A stretch of 33,238 nucleotides of DNA, from the NCBI GenBank assembly GCA_963578655.1, contig CAUZEB010000003.1:1-33238 (forward strand). Direction: 5' to 3'. The stretch comes from Dehalococcoidia bacterium. Lineage in GTDB: Bacteria > Chloroflexota > Dehalococcoidia > Lucifugimonadales > CAUZEB01. Below the pieces are notes generated by a model that saw only the letters and a list, made by a program, of their open reading frames with translations, was not told the origin of the DNA and searched no databases. This document shows positions 30,394 through 33,238 of this stretch, one piece after another. The first letter of the stretch is position 1. Every line of letters starts with the position of its first letter. The position numbers were made by a program, and so were the translations under genes.

Positions 30394-30647
30394 AACCTTG
30401 TTGTGAACAAACCTTAGGTATTAGAATGCTTGACACAAAGTTGATATGAAGTGTGCAACTTATAGCATTTAACCTACTGCTTTATGTAGATCACATGGGA
30501 TATTCGGTGATGAAAATGCTTTCGAAATATTCACAGAATCATGGTCTTGACTGCACTGATCAAAACTTTAAGCGGATATTTTGAACATGCACTTTTAAAC
30601 ATATGGCAGAAAATCGATCAGTTAATATATAGGAGAAATTTGATTAC

Positions 30648-31424
30648 ATGAGACTATCAGGGAAAGTGATACTGATTACAGCAGCGGCCCATGGCATCGA
30701 AGGAAAATTGATGGGCATAGGTGGCGCTACCGCCAGAGTATTGGCTAAAGAGGGAGCAAAATTAATTGTGACGGATATCAACGCAGATGCAGGTAAGCAA
30801 ACTTGCGCCGAAATCCGTAAAGAAGGCGGATATGCTACATATGAAACGCTTGATGTATCAAATAAGCAAGACTGGATCAAAACGATTAACAAAGCAATGA
30901 CTAGATTTGGAAGGCTGGATGTATTAGTAAACTGCGCAGGCGCGAGAGGAGGACAACAGTACGCCCTGGAAGACACACCTGTTGAGGACTGGGACAGACA
31001 AATGAACGACCATGCTAAGGCAGTTTTCCTAGGAACTAAGTATGTAATCCCACATATGAGAAAGATTGGCGGAGGATCTATAATTAACATCTCCTCTATA
31101 TACGGTATCGTGGCACCACCAACATCTCCAGCATATAGCGCAGCGAAAGGGGCAATCCGAATTTTCACGAAAGCTGCAGCTATTCAATACGCAGCCGATA
31201 AAATTAGAGTCAACTCAGTCCATCCGGGTTATGTCCATACAACACAAACCAACAAAATGATGTCGGACCCCGAAGTACGTCAATGGCTTTTGGATAGAAC
31301 CCCACTGGGGAGACTCGCTAAAGGAGAGGATATAGCCCACGGAATAGTGTACCTTGCATCAGACGAGTCCTCTTTCGTTACAGGATCAGAGCTAATCATT
31401 GACGGTGGAGTAACGGCTCAGTAA
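30648..31424 (+). CDS. SDR oxidoreductase, insertion/His variant, copy 2
   Basis: Motifs TAAAH-GIEGKLM-GIG, NCAG, NDHAKA, ISSIYG and YSAAK. Confidence 0.93.
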   Translation: MRLSGKVILITAAAHGIEGKLMGIGGATARVLAKEGAKLIVTDINADAGKQTCAEIRKEGGYATYETLDVSNKQDWIKTINKAMTRFGRLDVLVNCAGARGGQQYALEDTPVEDWDRQMNDHAKAVFLGTKYVIPHMRKIGGGSIINISSIYGIVAPPTSPAYSAAKGAIRIFTKAAAIQYAADKIRVNSVHPGYVHTTQTNKMMSDPEVRQWLLDRTPLGRLAKGEDIAHGIVYLASDESSFVTGSELIIDGGVTAQ

Positions 31425-31436
31425 TAAGAGGATATT

Positions 31437-32222
31437 ATGAGATTAGCAAATAAAGTCGCCTTGATTACCGGAAGTGCCAACGGAGCCTTAGATGATGTAA
31501 AAGGAATAGGAGGCGCCACAGCATGGATGTTCGCGAAAGAAGGAGCGAAGGTAGTATTGGCAGACATCAATGACGAAATGGGACAGAAAACTGCCTTACA
31601 GCTACGAAATATGGGATACGATTCAATCTATGTACATCTCAACGTCTCTAATGAACAAAACTGGATTAAGGCAATAAATAAGGCAGTACTAACTTACGGC
31701 AAACTGGATATTCTGGTAAACAGTGCTGGAACTATCGCTCCTTTCAGCGTTGAAGATACTACTTCAGAAGTCTGGGACGAGCAAATGAACGTACACGCCA
31801 AGGGGACTTTCCTCGGAACAAAGCACGCAATCCCAGCAATGCGTAAATCAGGCGGTGGGTCAATAATCAATATGTCATCGATTAACGGACTTGTCGCTGC
31901 AACAACCTCAACAGCGTACTGTGCCGCCAAAGGTGCGGTTCGAGTATTCTCCAAAGCAAGCGCTGTCCAATATGCAAAGGAAAATATTAGAGTGAATTCA
32001 GTACATCCTGGATATACAAAAACTCCACTGAATAGTTCTGCAAGTAAAATACCAGCAGGCATATCGCCAGAGGAAATCAAGAGGAGAATTATGACGGTTC
32101 CTTTAGGAAGAATGGCAACCTCAGACGAGATAGCGTATGGTATCCTGTTCTTGGCGTCTAACGAATCTTCTTTTATAACTGGATCCGAATTGGTCATTGA
32201 CGGGGGAGTGACCGCACAATAG
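31437..32222 (+). CDS. SDR oxidoreductase, insertion/His variant, copy 3
   Basis: Motifs TGSAN-GALDDVK-GIG, NSAG, NVHAKG, MSSING and YCAAK. Confidence 0.93.
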   Translation: MRLANKVALITGSANGALDDVKGIGGATAWMFAKEGAKVVLADINDEMGQKTALQLRNMGYDSIYVHLNVSNEQNWIKAINKAVLTYGKLDILVNSAGTIAPFSVEDTTSEVWDEQMNVHAKGTFLGTKHAIPAMRKSGGGSIINMSSINGLVAATTSTAYCAAKGAVRVFSKASAVQYAKENIRVNSVHPGYTKTPLNSSASKIPAGISPEEIKRRIMTVPLGRMATSDEIAYGILFLASNESSFITGSELVIDGGVTAQ

Positions 32223-32294
32223 CAAGCCCCCAACTATTTCCTCTGTTGAGTATGTTCCACCTAGGCCATAAATGATATTCTGGGAGAATTCTAA

Positions 32295-33083
32295 ATGAGA
32301 CTTAAAAACAAGGTTGCTCTTATAACTGGAGCGGCTATGGGGTTAAAAGAACGGAAAATGGGTATTGGTGGGGCTACCGCCTGGCTATTTGCGAAAGAAG
32401 GAGCCAGAGTCATGCTTAGCGATTACAATGAGGAGTTAGGCAAAGAAACTACTTCTCAAATACGTGAGTGCGGATACGACGCTAGGTTTATCTATTTAGA
32501 TGTTTCAGACGAGCAGAATTGGATAGATGTGATTCAAAAAACCGTATCTCTCTTCGGAAAAGTTGATATATTGATCAATAGTGCAGGTAATGTGATTTCC
32601 GCTAATATAGAAGATACGACAGTTGATATTTGGGACAAGTTGATGGCAATTCATGCCAAAGGTCCGTTCTTTGGTACCAAACATATTATTCCGGAAATGA
32701 AGAAGATAGGTGGTGGATCAATAGTCAACATATCCTCCATTAACGGGCTAACAGGTAGCGGAGCGAGTCCAGGTTATACTGCAGGGAAAGGTGCAGTTCG
32801 TATTTTTAGTAAAGCTGCTGCAATTCAATATGCAAAAGATGGTATCAGGGTGAACTCTGTTCATCCAGGCTATGTCGAGACACCCCTGAGTAGAAGTAGA
32901 GTGGGTAACTCAGGTGCTGATTCAGAAACTGAATTAGCCCGTAAGCGAATTGCTGAGACGCCCATGGGTCGAGAAGCAACGGCTACTGAATTGGCGTACG
33001 GTATACTTTACCTCGCTTCTGATGAATCCTCATTTGTTACGGGATCTGAGTTAGTAATCGATGGAGGATTCTACGCGCAATAA
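32295..33083 (+). CDS. SDR oxidoreductase, insertion/His variant, copy 4
   Basis: Motifs TGAAM-GLKERKM-GIG, NSAG, AIHAKG, ISSING and YTAGK. Confidence 0.93.
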   Translation: MRLKNKVALITGAAMGLKERKMGIGGATAWLFAKEGARVMLSDYNEELGKETTSQIRECGYDARFIYLDVSDEQNWIDVIQKTVSLFGKVDILINSAGNVISANIEDTTVDIWDKLMAIHAKGPFFGTKHIIPEMKKIGGGSIVNISSINGLTGSGASPGYTAGKGAVRIFSKAAAIQYAKDGIRVNSVHPGYVETPLSRSRVGNSGADSETELARKRIAETPMGREATATELAYGILYLASDESSFVTGSELVIDGGFYAQ

Positions 33084-33238
33084 TACTCTGAAAAACTAGT
33101 GTATTCATTCTTATCCACTGGGTCTCCACTGTCTTACACTACTCAAGGAATTTTCAGAACCCCTCTCTAGTAATTTCCCTTTGAAAAAGACATCGGAAAC
33201 TTTTCTTAGATCATTTATATTCTTTATAGGATCACCAT

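Noticed and set aside
25511-32233. Long antisense ORFs over the SDR, MDR and LLM genes (e.g. 28100-28723, 30644-31168, 31694-32233)
   Set aside because: Open antisense frames are a known property of SDR-type coding sequences. Their mutual similarity only mirrors the sense paralogs.
1-33238. tRNA, rRNA, CRISPR arrays, IS elements, integrases
   Set aside because: No such motifs, spaced repeats, terminal inverted repeats or recombinase-like ORFs were seen on manual reading.

Overview
This is a bacterial chromosomal segment, most consistent with marine Chloroflexota of the SAR202/Dehalococcoidia type. That assignment is an inference from the dense paralogy of luciferase-like monooxygenases, short-chain dehydrogenases (SDRs), a CoA-transferase and a GT-C/PA14 protein. 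From left to right it holds a truncated Ycf45/SpoIIIAA-type ATPase, pdxT-pdxS with a divergent MocR-family PdxR and visible operator repeats, an LLM oxidoreductase, an MDMPI/SCP2 protein, gap, eno, TIGR00725, DUF503 and a hypothetical gene. Next come a SelW/Rdx-family selenoprotein that the ORF track truncates (in-frame CxxU UGA, SECIS-like hairpin, terminator), a decayed double-domain CaiB/BaiF pseudogene, a GT-C glycosyltransferase with two PA14 domains, a cupin, a D-aminoacylase and TauE. A nitrogen cluster follows (glnA, F420-type LLM, second glnA, 2-hydroxyacid dehydrogenase), preceded by GlnR-like 11-bp phased boxes and a structured leader. The window ends in an oxidoreductase island with six SDRs. 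The four tandem + strand SDRs share two non-canonical signatures: a 7-residue insertion inside the TGxxxGxG motif and His in place of the catalytic-tetrad Asn. I found no tRNA, rRNA, CRISPR array or mobile element. All calls come from reading motifs by eye; no database searches were run.
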